Assembly (NCBI GenBank): GCA_964364855.1
Contig: CAYINU010000002.1
Coordinates: 2,337 to 66,336 of the forward strand
Reading direction: 5' to 3'
Length of the DNA stretch: 64,000 nucleotides
From: an uncultured Candidatus Marinamargulisbacteria bacterium
Lineage (GTDB): Bacteria; Margulisbacteria; Marinamargulisbacteria; CAYINU01
Below, piece after piece: positions 1-7,986 of the stretch (position 1 is its first letter; each line of letters opens with the position of its first letter). The position numbers were made by a program, and so were the translations under genes. The notes beneath the pieces are model-generated. The model searched no databases, was not told the DNA's origin, and saw only the letters and a list, made by a program, of their open reading frames with translations.

Positions 1-288
1 CATATCAATGCGAATCACAGGAAACTGTTCAAACGCATAATCGGTGTTTTGGGTGATCCACAATCCTTCAAATAAAGAACGTTTGCCTAAAAAGAGGGCT
101 TCCAATGTTGAAATCGTGAGGGACTTTCCAAATCGACGCGGGCGAGATAAGAAAAACTTGGGACTGCCGGCATCAGGCCGGATGCCAGCCTTTACCAACT
201 CATATAGATATCTCGTCTTGTCCACATAGACATACTCGCCTTTAACAATCCCTTCAAACGTTTGTATACCGATTGGTAAATTTCTCAT
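1..288 (-). CDS. AAA-ATPase-like protein, N-terminal fragment (gene continues beyond the left window edge)
   Basis: Reverse-complement translation from ATG (complement of 286-288): MRNLPIGIQTFEGIVKGEYVYVDKTRYLYELVKAGIRPDAGSPKFFLSRPRRFGKSLTISTLEALFLGKRSLFEGLWITQNTDYAFEQFPVIRIDM... The motif FLSRPRRFGKSLT..L is the signature of the predicted AAA-ATPase family that usually carries a C-terminal PD-(D/E)XK domain (Pfam AAA-ATPase_like, from memory). The ORF is open to the window edge, so it is absent from the ORF track. Confidence 0.6.
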   Translation of the reverse strand, partial: MRNLPIGIQTFEGIVKGEYVYVDKTRYLYELVKAGIRPDAGSPKFFLSRPRRFGKSLTISTLEALFLGKRSLFEGLWITQNTDYAFEQFPVIRIDM

Positions 289-424
289 TCGCTTACTTTA
301 TCATCTCATTACCATCCCCGTCCAAATTCATAGCATCACGAACGTACACTTCTTTGTACGCTTTTCTCGCCTACGCTAACGCTCCGTGGTCGCTGCCGTG
401 CAGCTCCAAGTTGCGTCCATATCT

Positions 425-699
425 CCGAGCGAAGCGAGGCAAGGCCCAAGGGGCCGGAGAGGGGGTGAGGAGCGTACCCGCGACGGAACCGCAGGCCTGA
501 GGTGACTAAATGTCACGTCAGGACAAGGCTGCCCGCCTGGCTCGAAGAGCCAAGAAGGGGCTCACTCGAATTTACTTCGAGTGAGGGGGCGACGCGAGCC
601 CCTTATTCCCGAGAGAAGCGAGGCAAGGCCCAAGGGGCCGGAGAGGGGGAGGCTCACTCGAATTTACTTCGAGTGAGGGGGCGACGCGAGCCCCTTATT
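425..699. repeat. Composite direct-repeat block: unit A (41 bp) at 425-465 and 609-649 (1 mismatch); unit B (49 bp) at 559-607 and 651-699 (identical). B contains a 10-bp-stem hairpin ctcactcgaa/ttcgagtgag and a second GC hairpin.
   Basis: Read directly: ccgagCgaagcgaggcaaggcccaaggggccggagaggggg versus ccgagAgaagcg..., and ggctcactcgaatttacttcgagtgagggggcgacgcgagccccttatt twice. The order is A-93bp-B-A-B, immediately 3' of the minus-strand tRNA-Tyr. Confidence 0.8.
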
Positions 700-707
700 A
701 AGGTATT

Positions 708-791
708 TGGAGGGAGACGGATTCGAACCATCGAAGGGCGAAGCCCGACAGATTTACAGTCTGTTGCATTTGACCGCTCTGCAATCCCTCC
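708..791 (-). tRNA. tRNA-Tyr (anticodon GTA), type II with long variable arm, CCA encoded
   Basis: The reverse complement of 708-791 is GGAGGGATTGCAGAGCGGTCAAATGCAACAGACTGTAAATCTGTCGGGCTTCGCCCTTCGATGGTTCGAATCCGTCTCCCTCCA. It has a 7-bp acceptor stem GGAGGGA/TCCCTCC, anticodon loop CTGTAAA (GTA), a long variable arm and a GTTCGAATC T-loop. Confidence 0.85.
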
Positions 792-871
792 ACAGCGCAG
801 ACCTACTGAGGATAGGGCGGACGGATTCAGGTTGTCAATTCGCCGTCCGCCCATTTCCTGCGAGATGCAAT

Positions 872-1702
872 TTAGAGCAATGTCGTGATCCAAACCCCGA
901 TGTTATTGTTTTCACGGCGTGCCGTCGTGACCGGCCATTCCCCCGTTACAGACACGCGCCATTGGGGACTCAGTGCCCAGTCCACGCGTGAACCCGCCGA
1001 CAGCCCTTGCTCGCTGGCGGTGACCAACGAGTAGTAGCCACTCACATAAGGAGTAACCGTCAACAAGTCCAGTTGCCATCCCCATCCCACTTGTCCCACG
1101 AACTCCCGATCGGTATGAGGGAAGACCTCTACCTCATGAACGTCATTGTTTGCAGGACGAAGATGGGGGCCATGGGAGGCAATTTCAAAAATCCCATGAC
1201 CCGTCGTCCCGGTGTCACCCAGCACAAAACGGGCGCCGCCCTTTGCAAAAACAAAGCCAAAGCCCATGGGAGACCCCCATTGGGTATAGGGCATGATCTC
1301 GATATGGCCGCTCGATAGCCCGGTGTTGGTCTGTGCGCTGGGGAGTTGAATTTGCGTTCCCACCATCAGGGTATCTGATAACCAAAGCGGCATTTCGGCA
1401 AACAGAACCACATTACCCAGACCTTGAGCGGACTGTGCCGTGGAAGTCATCGACAGGGCGGTTACAAACGCGCCCAGCGCCCATCCTTGGGCGGCTTGCC
1501 ATCGCATCTGAGGCGTCCACGCCACGTAACTTCCCGTGAAGCTACCCCGCTGAAAACTAGCGGTTTTAACGGACTGGATTGTCGTCCAGCCACTTGGAAG
1601 GGTCCTCTCATAGGTACAGTTGGCCAAGTCACAGGCATACGTAACAGAAGACAAAGCACACCAGCCAGCCAGAAAAAGACCCATTTTTAATCTAAAATCC
1701 AT
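872..1702 (-). CDS. hypothetical secreted protein, possibly an outer-membrane beta-barrel (276 aa)
   Basis: The ORF has an N-terminal signal peptide MGLFLAGWCALSSVTYAC and Gly/aromatic-rich alternating segments. The family assignment is not secure; it sits beside the metal-uptake locus. Confidence 0.45.
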   Translation of the reverse strand: MDFRLKMGLFLAGWCALSSVTYACDLANCTYERTLPSGWTTIQSVKTASFQRGSFTGSYVAWTPQMRWQAAQGWALGAFVTALSMTSTAQSAQGLGNVVLFAEMPLWLSDTLMVGTQIQLPSAQTNTGLSSGHIEIMPYTQWGSPMGFGFVFAKGGARFVLGDTGTTGHGIFEIASHGPHLRPANNDVHEVEVFPHTDREFVGQVGWGWQLDLLTVTPYVSGYYSLVTASEQGLSAGSRVDWALSPQWRVSVTGEWPVTTARRENNNIGVWITTLL

Positions 1703-1750
1703 ACTAGATCCTTTTTATTGGTATTGAATTAAAAAAAGAAAAGTGGAAAA

Positions 1751-2164
1751 TCAGGCTGCGGTTTGGGGCGGTGGTGTCGGACAGCAAGGTACGAAGGGGG
1801 TAGATAGGGGACTCAAGACGAGTACCCATCGGAACCTACCCGAACTGGAATTTAGTGACAGCGAGGCGGGCGCAACTAGCCAATGAATGATGCCAAAGGA
1901 TACCCCCGTATCGGGGGTGGCGCAGCTCAGTCCCTTGATGATGGTCTGACTACCATCCGAATGGGAATGCGTATGGCAGCCGGTGGCGGTCTCACCGCAA
2001 TGACAGACGGTCGCACAGCATGACATACCACAAGCGGATCCTCTTCCCGCCGGCGTGGCATACGTCGAGGGAATGAGATTTAGATAGAGATGGCCCACCA
2101 GTAATAGCGGAAGCAGCCCCCATCCTCTTCGAATACAACGCTTAAAAACGGACGTGTTCAACAC
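1751..2164 (-). CDS. candidate small Cys/His-rich protein (137 aa), divergent from the DtxR-family regulator; may be a spurious ORF
   Basis: The ORF is the only long frame in the 515-bp gap between 1703 and 2218. It has a hydrophobic N-terminus and then CGMSCCATVCHCGETATGCHTHSHS. No RBS or family was verified. Confidence 0.25.
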   Translation of the reverse strand: MLNTSVFKRCIRRGWGLLPLLLVGHLYLNLIPSTYATPAGRGSACGMSCCATVCHCGETATGCHTHSHSDGSQTIIKGLSCATPDTGVSFGIIHWLVAPASLSLNSSSGRFRWVLVLSPLSTPFVPCCPTPPPQTAA

Positions 2165-2218
2165 AATCCATCAGTTAACACTATCGAAAAAGAAAGTTCA
2201 AATTTACAATGAAGTCCC

Positions 2219-2887
2219 ATGGCGTTAAAACAATCCGCGCAAGATTACCTCAAGGCCATCTTCTCCCTGGGTAAGGGAAAGAGGGACCAATTGATCAAAG
2301 TCAGTGACATCTCCCGCAAGCTGGATGTGTCGCCGGCTGCCGTGACGGAAATGATCAAAAAGCTGGAAACCCAACGCTATGTCAAAAACAGTCCCTATAA
2401 AGGCGTGGAACTGACGACAGAAGGGTTCGCGGTGGGTCGCAATATGACCCGTCATCACCGCCTGTGGGAACTGTTTTTATTTCAGGAACTGGGTGTGCCT
2501 TGGGACCGTGTGCACGAAGAGGCCGAACGGCTCGAACACGCCTGTTCGGATTACTTGTTGGACCGTATCGAGGAAAAGCTGGGATTTCCCCAATTTGATC
2601 CCCATGGCAATCCCATACCGGATCGAAAAGGACACATTCCTGAAATTGTCAATGAGAGACCCCTTTCTGCCTGTAAGCCGGGAGATCGGGTGGAAGTGGT
2701 ACGTGTGATTGATCTTGATGGTGGTTTTTTGATTCACCTCGAGGCGATGGGTATCCATTTGCGCGCGCAACTCACTGTGGATGCGGTTTTGGATTTTGAT
2801 CACACCGTCATGTGCCGCAGCGAAGGTCGTACCTTGCCCTTAAGCCAACGGGCGGCTGAGCATATTTTCGTAAAACCCCTCTCTTGA
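2219..2887 (+). CDS. DtxR/MntR-family metal-dependent transcriptional regulator with C-terminal FeoA/SH3-like domain
   Basis: The N-terminal wHTH reads ...DISRKLDVSPAAVTEMIKKLETQRYV...LTTEGFAVGRNMTRHHRLWELFL, as in DtxR. The C-terminal GDRVEVVRVIDLDGGFLIHLEAMGIHLRAQLTV is FeoA-like. Confidence 0.85.
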   Translation: MALKQSAQDYLKAIFSLGKGKRDQLIKVSDISRKLDVSPAAVTEMIKKLETQRYVKNSPYKGVELTTEGFAVGRNMTRHHRLWELFLFQELGVPWDRVHEEAERLEHACSDYLLDRIEEKLGFPQFDPHGNPIPDRKGHIPEIVNERPLSACKPGDRVEVVRVIDLDGGFLIHLEAMGIHLRAQLTVDAVLDFDHTVMCRSEGRTLPLSQRAAEHIFVKPLS

Positions 2888-2891
2888 ATTT

Positions 2892-2908
2892 TTAGGAGGA
2901 CCTCCTTA
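2892..2908. promoter_or_regulatory. 17-bp palindrome TTAGGAGGACCTCCTTA between the regulator and the porin/ABC operon; candidate DtxR-type operator or hairpin
   Basis: Read directly: arms TTAGGAGG/CCTCCTTA, 4 bp after the regulator stop and followed by a tatata element. The TTAGG...CCTAA ends loosely resemble the DtxR box. Confidence 0.3.
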
Positions 2909-2962
2909 TTATATAGGCCGATTAAATATTTATTTTAGGCTTACTTAAACTTGGGGGGTTTT

Positions 2963-4051
2963 ATGGTTATAAGACGGTGGTGTGTTATAACGGCTATGGT
3001 GATTGCGATTGGGGCTACCGCTCATGCGGTGGATCTCGACTTCCTGCAAGTTCGGGGGACGTTTATGGGCATGACAAATGTGCTTTCGCAGGGGTCTGCT
3101 CGCCGCGGTGGTTTTGACTATGCGTTGAATCTGGATCTGGGGTATGACCTCACAACAGAATGGGCTTTTTACGCGCAGTTTCAGACAGGTCCTGGCGGTG
3201 GCGTGCTGGGATTCGCAGGTCCGAATACGGTCATTACGGATGTAGGACTCACGTTTCAGGTCCCGGACCTAGCCCTGACTTTGGGGTCTTTTGATACGCC
3301 CTTTGGCCTAGGTACCGAGTTGCTCTCCAACAATGGGGATGGGTTTGCCAACCCGGTCATGGTCAATTCCCTGATGTATGGCGCATTGGGTGGGCCTGTT
3401 GGCACACTCAATACCCTGGGCGTAAAGGTGGATTGGAAACAATGGGGGATCGACTGGACGGGGTGTGTCAATAACGGCACCGGCGAAACAGCCGCCTCTG
3501 GAGATGACCATCTGGGATGGTTGGTAGGCGGCGCCATGCCGGTGGCAGATACGGGTTGGACGGTAGCCGGGTCTTATATGTCTTCGGACGACCGGGCCGA
3601 TGCCGGCATCGGCGGTAGCACCAGTTTCGCTGCGGATTTTTCGGGGTGGCTTGCTGACGCCAGTTATCAAAGCAGCGCGTTTGTCATCCTGGGCAATGTT
3701 GGGTCTTTGCGCTACGACGATCACAACAGCGGTACAGCAGATGATGTCAGCGTTGGTATGGCGCAGGGTACGTGGTTTGTAACCCCATGGTTTTTTACCG
3801 CCGCTCAGTGGTCTTTCTGGCGGCCCACCGATGCCGATGCCAATGGGTCTCACGCGTTGCTACCCAACCCGGGCTATGGCGGTTTTGATGGCCTGGCCAT
3901 CGCGACCGATCAGCGGGTAGAGCGGTACCAGATCGGAATTGGGTATTTGCCGGCTCCGGTGGTGCTGATGAAAGCGGTTATCTTAAAAGATGATTATCAA
4001 ACAGCTTCGGATGTTTGGGCCGTGCTGGGATCTCTGAATCTGTCCTTTTAG
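2963..4051 (+). CDS. putative outer-membrane porin-like beta-barrel protein
   Basis: A signal peptide MVIRRWCVITAMVIAIGATAHA follows a GGGGGG RBS. The protein is Gly/Asp/aromatic-rich and ends in the C-terminal ...LNLSF (terminal Phe) typical of OM beta-barrels. The ORF-track start at 2951 is TTG; ATG 2963 is preferred. Confidence 0.5.
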   Translation: MVIRRWCVITAMVIAIGATAHAVDLDFLQVRGTFMGMTNVLSQGSARRGGFDYALNLDLGYDLTTEWAFYAQFQTGPGGGVLGFAGPNTVITDVGLTFQVPDLALTLGSFDTPFGLGTELLSNNGDGFANPVMVNSLMYGALGGPVGTLNTLGVKVDWKQWGIDWTGCVNNGTGETAASGDDHLGWLVGGAMPVADTGWTVAGSYMSSDDRADAGIGGSTSFAADFSGWLADASYQSSAFVILGNVGSLRYDDHNSGTADDVSVGMAQGTWFVTPWFFTAAQWSFWRPTDADANGSHALLPNPGYGGFDGLAIATDQRVERYQIGIGYLPAPVVLMKAVILKDDYQTASDVWAVLGSLNLSF

Positions 4052-4062
4052 GAGTTTTTTTG

Positions 4063-4998
4063 ATGAAACACATGCGTTTTTTAACATTGGGAATTTTGTT
4101 TGCGGTGGCATTGACCGGCTGTGCACAGCCCCACTCCGGTAAGCTGCGTGTGGTCAGTACAACAGGTATGATTAACGACATTGTCCAAAATATTGGTGGT
4201 ACCCATGTAGAGTCTAAAGCACTGATGGGTCCGGGTGTGGATCCCCATCTTTACAAGGCCAGCGAAGGGGACGTGCAGGCGTTGGGAGAAGCGCAGGTGA
4301 TTTTTTATAACGGGCTTCACTTGGAGGCCCGTATGGGAGAGGTCCTGGAAGGAATGTCTAAGCGAAAAAAAGTGGTTCCGGTCAGCCAAACAATTCCTTC
4401 TGCTGACCTTATCTCGCCGCAAAACTACCAGGGTCTTCATGATCCCCATATTTGGTTTGATGTCAGCCTTTGGAGCAAGGCAGCCGAGGTGGTCCGAGAC
4501 ACGTTGATCCACATGGACCCCGCGCACAAGGCAGACTACGAAATGCGGGCAAAAACCTATATTGCGTCCTTGCAAAAATTAGATGGGGACGTGAAGGTCG
4601 CCGTCCAGTCCTTGCCGCCGGAGCGCCGTATTTTGGTCACGGCTCATGACGCGTTTGGTTACTTTGGCCGACGATATGGAATGAATGTGGTTGGTCTTCA
4701 GGGCGTCAGTACCGCTTCCGAGGCCGGCGTGCAGGATGTCCAGCGGTTGGCCCATTTAATATCCGAGCGTAAAATCCCGGCTATTTTTGTTGAATCATCC
4801 ATCCCCGAGCGCCATATCCAGGCAGTCCAAGCGGCAACTCGGGCTCGTGGCTGGAATGTGAAGATCGGTGGGCAATTGTTCACCGACGCCATGGGTACGC
4901 CGGGGACTCCGGAAGGCACCTACGTGGGCATGGTGGGTCATAACGTGCGTACCATGGTTTCGGCCTTGGCACCGTCCAAAATGCCAGGAAAACCATGA
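4063..4998 (+). CDS. metal ABC transporter substrate-binding lipoprotein (TroA/MntC/SitA-like cluster A-I SBP)
   Basis: MKHMRFLTLGILFAVALTGC is a lipobox. GPGVDPHLYKASEGDV, HDPHIWFD and AHDAFGYF motifs are typical of the ZnuA/MntC/TroA family, and there is no His-rich loop, which argues for Mn/Fe rather than Zn. The RBS GGAG lies at 4051-4054. Confidence 0.85.
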   Translation: MKHMRFLTLGILFAVALTGCAQPHSGKLRVVSTTGMINDIVQNIGGTHVESKALMGPGVDPHLYKASEGDVQALGEAQVIFYNGLHLEARMGEVLEGMSKRKKVVPVSQTIPSADLISPQNYQGLHDPHIWFDVSLWSKAAEVVRDTLIHMDPAHKADYEMRAKTYIASLQKLDGDVKVAVQSLPPERRILVTAHDAFGYFGRRYGMNVVGLQGVSTASEAGVQDVQRLAHLISERKIPAIFVESSIPERHIQAVQAATRARGWNVKIGGQLFTDAMGTPGTPEGTYVGMVGHNVRTMVSALAPSKMPGKP

Positions 4999-5762
4999 GT
5001 GACACGATCGCCATTTCCGTAAAAGATCTCACCCTGGCCTACCAGGAAAAGCCCGTCCTATGGGACATTGACGTAGATGTTCCGGCTGGCCTGTTGCTGG
5101 CGGTTGTGGGCCCAAACGGGGCTGGCAAAACCACGTTTATAAAGGCTGTATTGGGACTGTTGACCCCGGCAGCCGGAAAGGTCGAAATTTTTGGCCAGCC
5201 GCTGAATGCCCAGCGCCGACTGGTGGCCTACGTTCCCCAACGCGGTTCTGTGGATTGGGATTTTCCGACGACGGTTTTGGATGTCGTGCTCATGGGGCGT
5301 TATGGTCGCCTGGGCTGGTTTTCTCGTCCTTCAAAAGGGGATAAGGATGCGGCGTTACATGCACTGGAAATGGTCGGCATGTCGGATTTTGCCGATCGGC
5401 ACATTTCCCAGTTGTCCGGCGGGCAGCAGCAGCGGGTTTTTTTGGCCCGTGCGCTGGTCCAAGAGGCGACCATCTATCTCATGGATGAGCCGTTTGTGGG
5501 TGTGGATGCCGCGACCGAAAAGGCCATTGTCCAGATTCTGAAAACCCTTCGAGAAAACGGCAAGACCGTTGTGGTCGTGCATCATGATTTAACAACACTA
5601 AAAGATTATTTTGATTGGGTCCTGCTGCTCAATGTGCGAAAGGTAGCCGTCGGGCCCGTGGATGAGGTTCTGACCGCAGACAATCTGAAGGCGGCCTATG
5701 GGGGTCGCAGTGCGTTTTTGGGCCACGCGGTGACGCCTGATCAAATCGCGACCCTGGGGTAG
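4995..5762 (+). CDS. metal ABC transporter ATP-binding protein (TroB/MntB/ZnuC-like)
   Basis: Walker A GPNGAGKTT, signature LSGGQQQRVFLARAL and Walker B IYLMDEP are present. The start overlaps the upstream stop as ATGA. Confidence 0.9.
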   Translation: MSDTIAISVKDLTLAYQEKPVLWDIDVDVPAGLLLAVVGPNGAGKTTFIKAVLGLLTPAAGKVEIFGQPLNAQRRLVAYVPQRGSVDWDFPTTVLDVVLMGRYGRLGWFSRPSKGDKDAALHALEMVGMSDFADRHISQLSGGQQQRVFLARALVQEATIYLMDEPFVGVDAATEKAIVQILKTLRENGKTVVVVHHDLTTLKDYFDWVLLLNVRKVAVGPVDEVLTADNLKAAYGGRSAFLGHAVTPDQIATLG

Positions 5763-5764
5763 AG

Positions 5765-6868
5765 ATGGATTACACGTTACGCCTGATTGTCGTGGGAACG
5801 GGAATGCTGGGCTTGGTCTCGGGCGCATTGGGTTCCTTTGCGTTGCTTCGTAAACAGAGTTTATTAGGTGATGCCATTTCGCATGCGGCATTGCCGGGAA
5901 TCGCCCTCGCTTTTTTGATCACCCACACCAAATCACCGTTGGTTTTTCTGGCCGGTGCAGCGGCGGCGGGGTGGGTAGGAACCTTGCTGATCCTGACCAT
6001 CATCCGCAACACGCGCATCAAAGAAGACGGTGCGCTAGGTATCATTTTGTCGGTTTTTTTCGGCTTGGGGTTGGTGCTATTGACCTACATTCAGAAGATG
6101 TCGTTGGCCAACCAATCCGGGCTTGTGACCTACCTGTTTGGATCCGCGGCGACGTTGTTGGAGGCGGACCTGGTTGCCATGGCTGTTTTGGGTGTAGCCG
6201 CATTGGCCGTTTTAATGTTGTTTTGGAAAGAGTTCAAGTTACTGGTATTTGATTGGGACTATGCCCATGCCCTGGGATACCCCGTCAAACGGTTGGAAAT
6301 CCTGCTCACGTCTTTGTTGGTGATCGCCATTGTCATCGGCTTACAGACGGTCGGTGTTGTGTTGATGAGCGCCATGATCATCGCGCCGGCTGCGGCAGCG
6401 CGGCAATGGACCAATCGGTTGTCGGTAATGGTGATTTTGAGCGGATGCCTCGGTGCGACGTCGGGCATCGTGGGGGCTGTGATCAGCAGCACCACTGCCC
6501 ACTTGCCGACCGGCCCGGTGATCGTTCTGGTCATGAGTGGTTTTGTATTTGTCTCGCTGTTGTTTGCGCCAAGGCGGGGTATTTTGTGGGCGTTTTTGGC
6601 TTCGGCAGCGTATCGGCGCAACATTCAGGAACAAACGATGCTGACGAACTTGCTCCTGTTTTCAGAAAGCGACTTTGATCCCTTCCATCCCCATGACATC
6701 GCGGCGTTGACAGCCATCGGACGTGGCCCTGCCCGACGAGCGCTTGGCAACCTTGCCAGGCATGGGTTGGTGATCAATCCCAACGGAGATGCGTGGGCGC
6801 TAACACCCAAGGGGCTTGATGTGGCTCGCGATATTCAAGCGCAGCATCTGGCGGAGGTGCGGTCATGA
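5765..6868 (+). CDS. ABC-3 family metal permease with C-terminal DtxR-like winged-helix extension
   Basis: A multi-TM core is followed, from about residue 285, by ...IAALTAIGRGPARRALGNLARHGLVINPNGDAWALTPKGLDVARDIQAQHLAEV. This resembles the DtxR N-terminal wHTH (...ERDGLV....LT..G...A...HRL.E). Confidence 0.8.
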   Translation: MDYTLRLIVVGTGMLGLVSGALGSFALLRKQSLLGDAISHAALPGIALAFLITHTKSPLVFLAGAAAAGWVGTLLILTIIRNTRIKEDGALGIILSVFFGLGLVLLTYIQKMSLANQSGLVTYLFGSAATLLEADLVAMAVLGVAALAVLMLFWKEFKLLVFDWDYAHALGYPVKRLEILLTSLLVIAIVIGLQTVGVVLMSAMIIAPAAAARQWTNRLSVMVILSGCLGATSGIVGAVISSTTAHLPTGPVIVLVMSGFVFVSLLFAPRRGILWAFLASAAYRRNIQEQTMLTNLLLFSESDFDPFHPHDIAALTAIGRGPARRALGNLARHGLVINPNGDAWALTPKGLDVARDIQAQHLAEVRS

Positions 6869-7977
6869 TTTTGGCCCGTCTCGAAATTTTGCTGATTGCT
6901 TGCGTAGTGGCCTCTGCATGTGTTCTTCCCGGTGTCTTTTTGGTGCTTCGGCGTGTCGCGCTGATGAGTGATGCCATCAGCCATGCGATCTTGTTGGGAA
7001 TCGTGGTGGCTTTTTTTGTGGTTCAGGACCTCAACTCGCCCATTTTGATTGTGGCAGCGGCGGCAACAGGCCTGCTGACGGTCAGCCTGACAGAGTTGAT
7101 TATTCAGTCCGGTCGACTTCAAAAAGATGCGGCGATCGGACTTGTTTTTCCGGTCTTTTTTTCAATTGGCGTTATTTTGATCAATCTGTATGCCGGCAAT
7201 GTTCATATCGACAACGACATGGTATTGCTGGGCGAACTGGCATTTGCCCCATTTAACCGTCTGGTGGTCAACGGCCTGGACCTCGGACCCATGGGACTTT
7301 GGGTAATGGGAACCATTTTGGTACTTAATGCCGCTTTTATCGCCGTGTTTTACAAGGAGCTGAAGCTCTCGACATTTGACCCGGCTCTAGCTGGCGTGCT
7401 GGGGTTCTCGCCGGCGTTGATCCACTACCTGCTGATGGCCGTTGTATCGATTACGGCTGTTGGGGCCTTTGATGTTGTGGGGTCTATTCTGGTCGTGGCA
7501 TTGATGATTACCCCGCCGGCCGCAGCCTATTTGTGGACACACCGATTGTCCCGGATGATTGCCTTAAGTATTGCCATCGGCATCGCCTCCGCTATTGGAG
7601 GATATGGGATGGCCATTGCGCTTAACGTGTCCATCGCAGGGTCCATGGCGTGCATGACTGGCGTGGCTTTTTTGATCAGCCTCGTTTTTTCGACACAAAA
7701 TGGTCTATTGACCCGCTACTTTCGATTTCAAAATCAACGGGTATCTTTTGCGGCCAAGATTTTGCTGGTCCAGCTCCTAGACCATGAAGGCACCTCGCAA
7801 GAAGAAACGGAAAATACGGTGTCCCACATGGAACATCATATGGAATGGGCGGCCGGATTTTCACGTCGCGTGACGGCTTATGCGGTGGACCAGGGATTGA
7901 TGACTCACTCGCAAGATCGGCTGTTTCTCACCCCTCTGGGACGTGAGACGGCTCGTCAAGCGATGCAAATGGGGTAA
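6865..7977 (+). CDS. ABC-3 family metal permease (second subunit), also with a C-terminal DtxR-like winged-helix extension
   Basis: The TM core is followed by ...AKILLVQLLDHEGTSQEETENTVSHMEHHMEWAAGFSRRVTAYAVDQGLMTHSQDRLFLTPLGRETARQAMQMG. The start overlaps the upstream gene by 4 nt (ATGA). Confidence 0.8.
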   Translation: MILARLEILLIACVVASACVLPGVFLVLRRVALMSDAISHAILLGIVVAFFVVQDLNSPILIVAAAATGLLTVSLTELIIQSGRLQKDAAIGLVFPVFFSIGVILINLYAGNVHIDNDMVLLGELAFAPFNRLVVNGLDLGPMGLWVMGTILVLNAAFIAVFYKELKLSTFDPALAGVLGFSPALIHYLLMAVVSITAVGAFDVVGSILVVALMITPPAAAYLWTHRLSRMIALSIAIGIASAIGGYGMAIALNVSIAGSMACMTGVAFLISLVFSTQNGLLTRYFRFQNQRVSFAAKILLVQLLDHEGTSQEETENTVSHMEHHMEWAAGFSRRVTAYAVDQGLMTHSQDRLFLTPLGRETARQAMQMG

Positions 7978-7986
7978 CATGGGGCT

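Noticed and set aside
425-699. Possible CRISPR array from the alternating repeats
   Set aside because: There are only two copies each of two different units, with 41/49-bp units abutting one another rather than regular repeat-spacer periodicity. No cas genes are nearby. It was classified as a composite direct repeat.
44-893. Plus-strand ORFs 44-229, 273-500, 502-888, 707-991 and minus-strand ORF 654-893 from the ORF track
   Set aside because: They overlap the minus-strand AAA-ATPase N-terminus, the repeat block or the tRNA-Tyr, and have no recognisable protein features. The minus-strand ATPase frame and the tRNA explain the region.
3256-3853. Minus-strand ORFs 3256-3537 and 3308-3853 inside the porin-like gene, and ORFs 5971-6678 inside the permease genes
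   Set aside because: They are Pro/Arg-rich shadow frames of GC-rich genes. The plus-strand frames carry signal-peptide or TM and family features.
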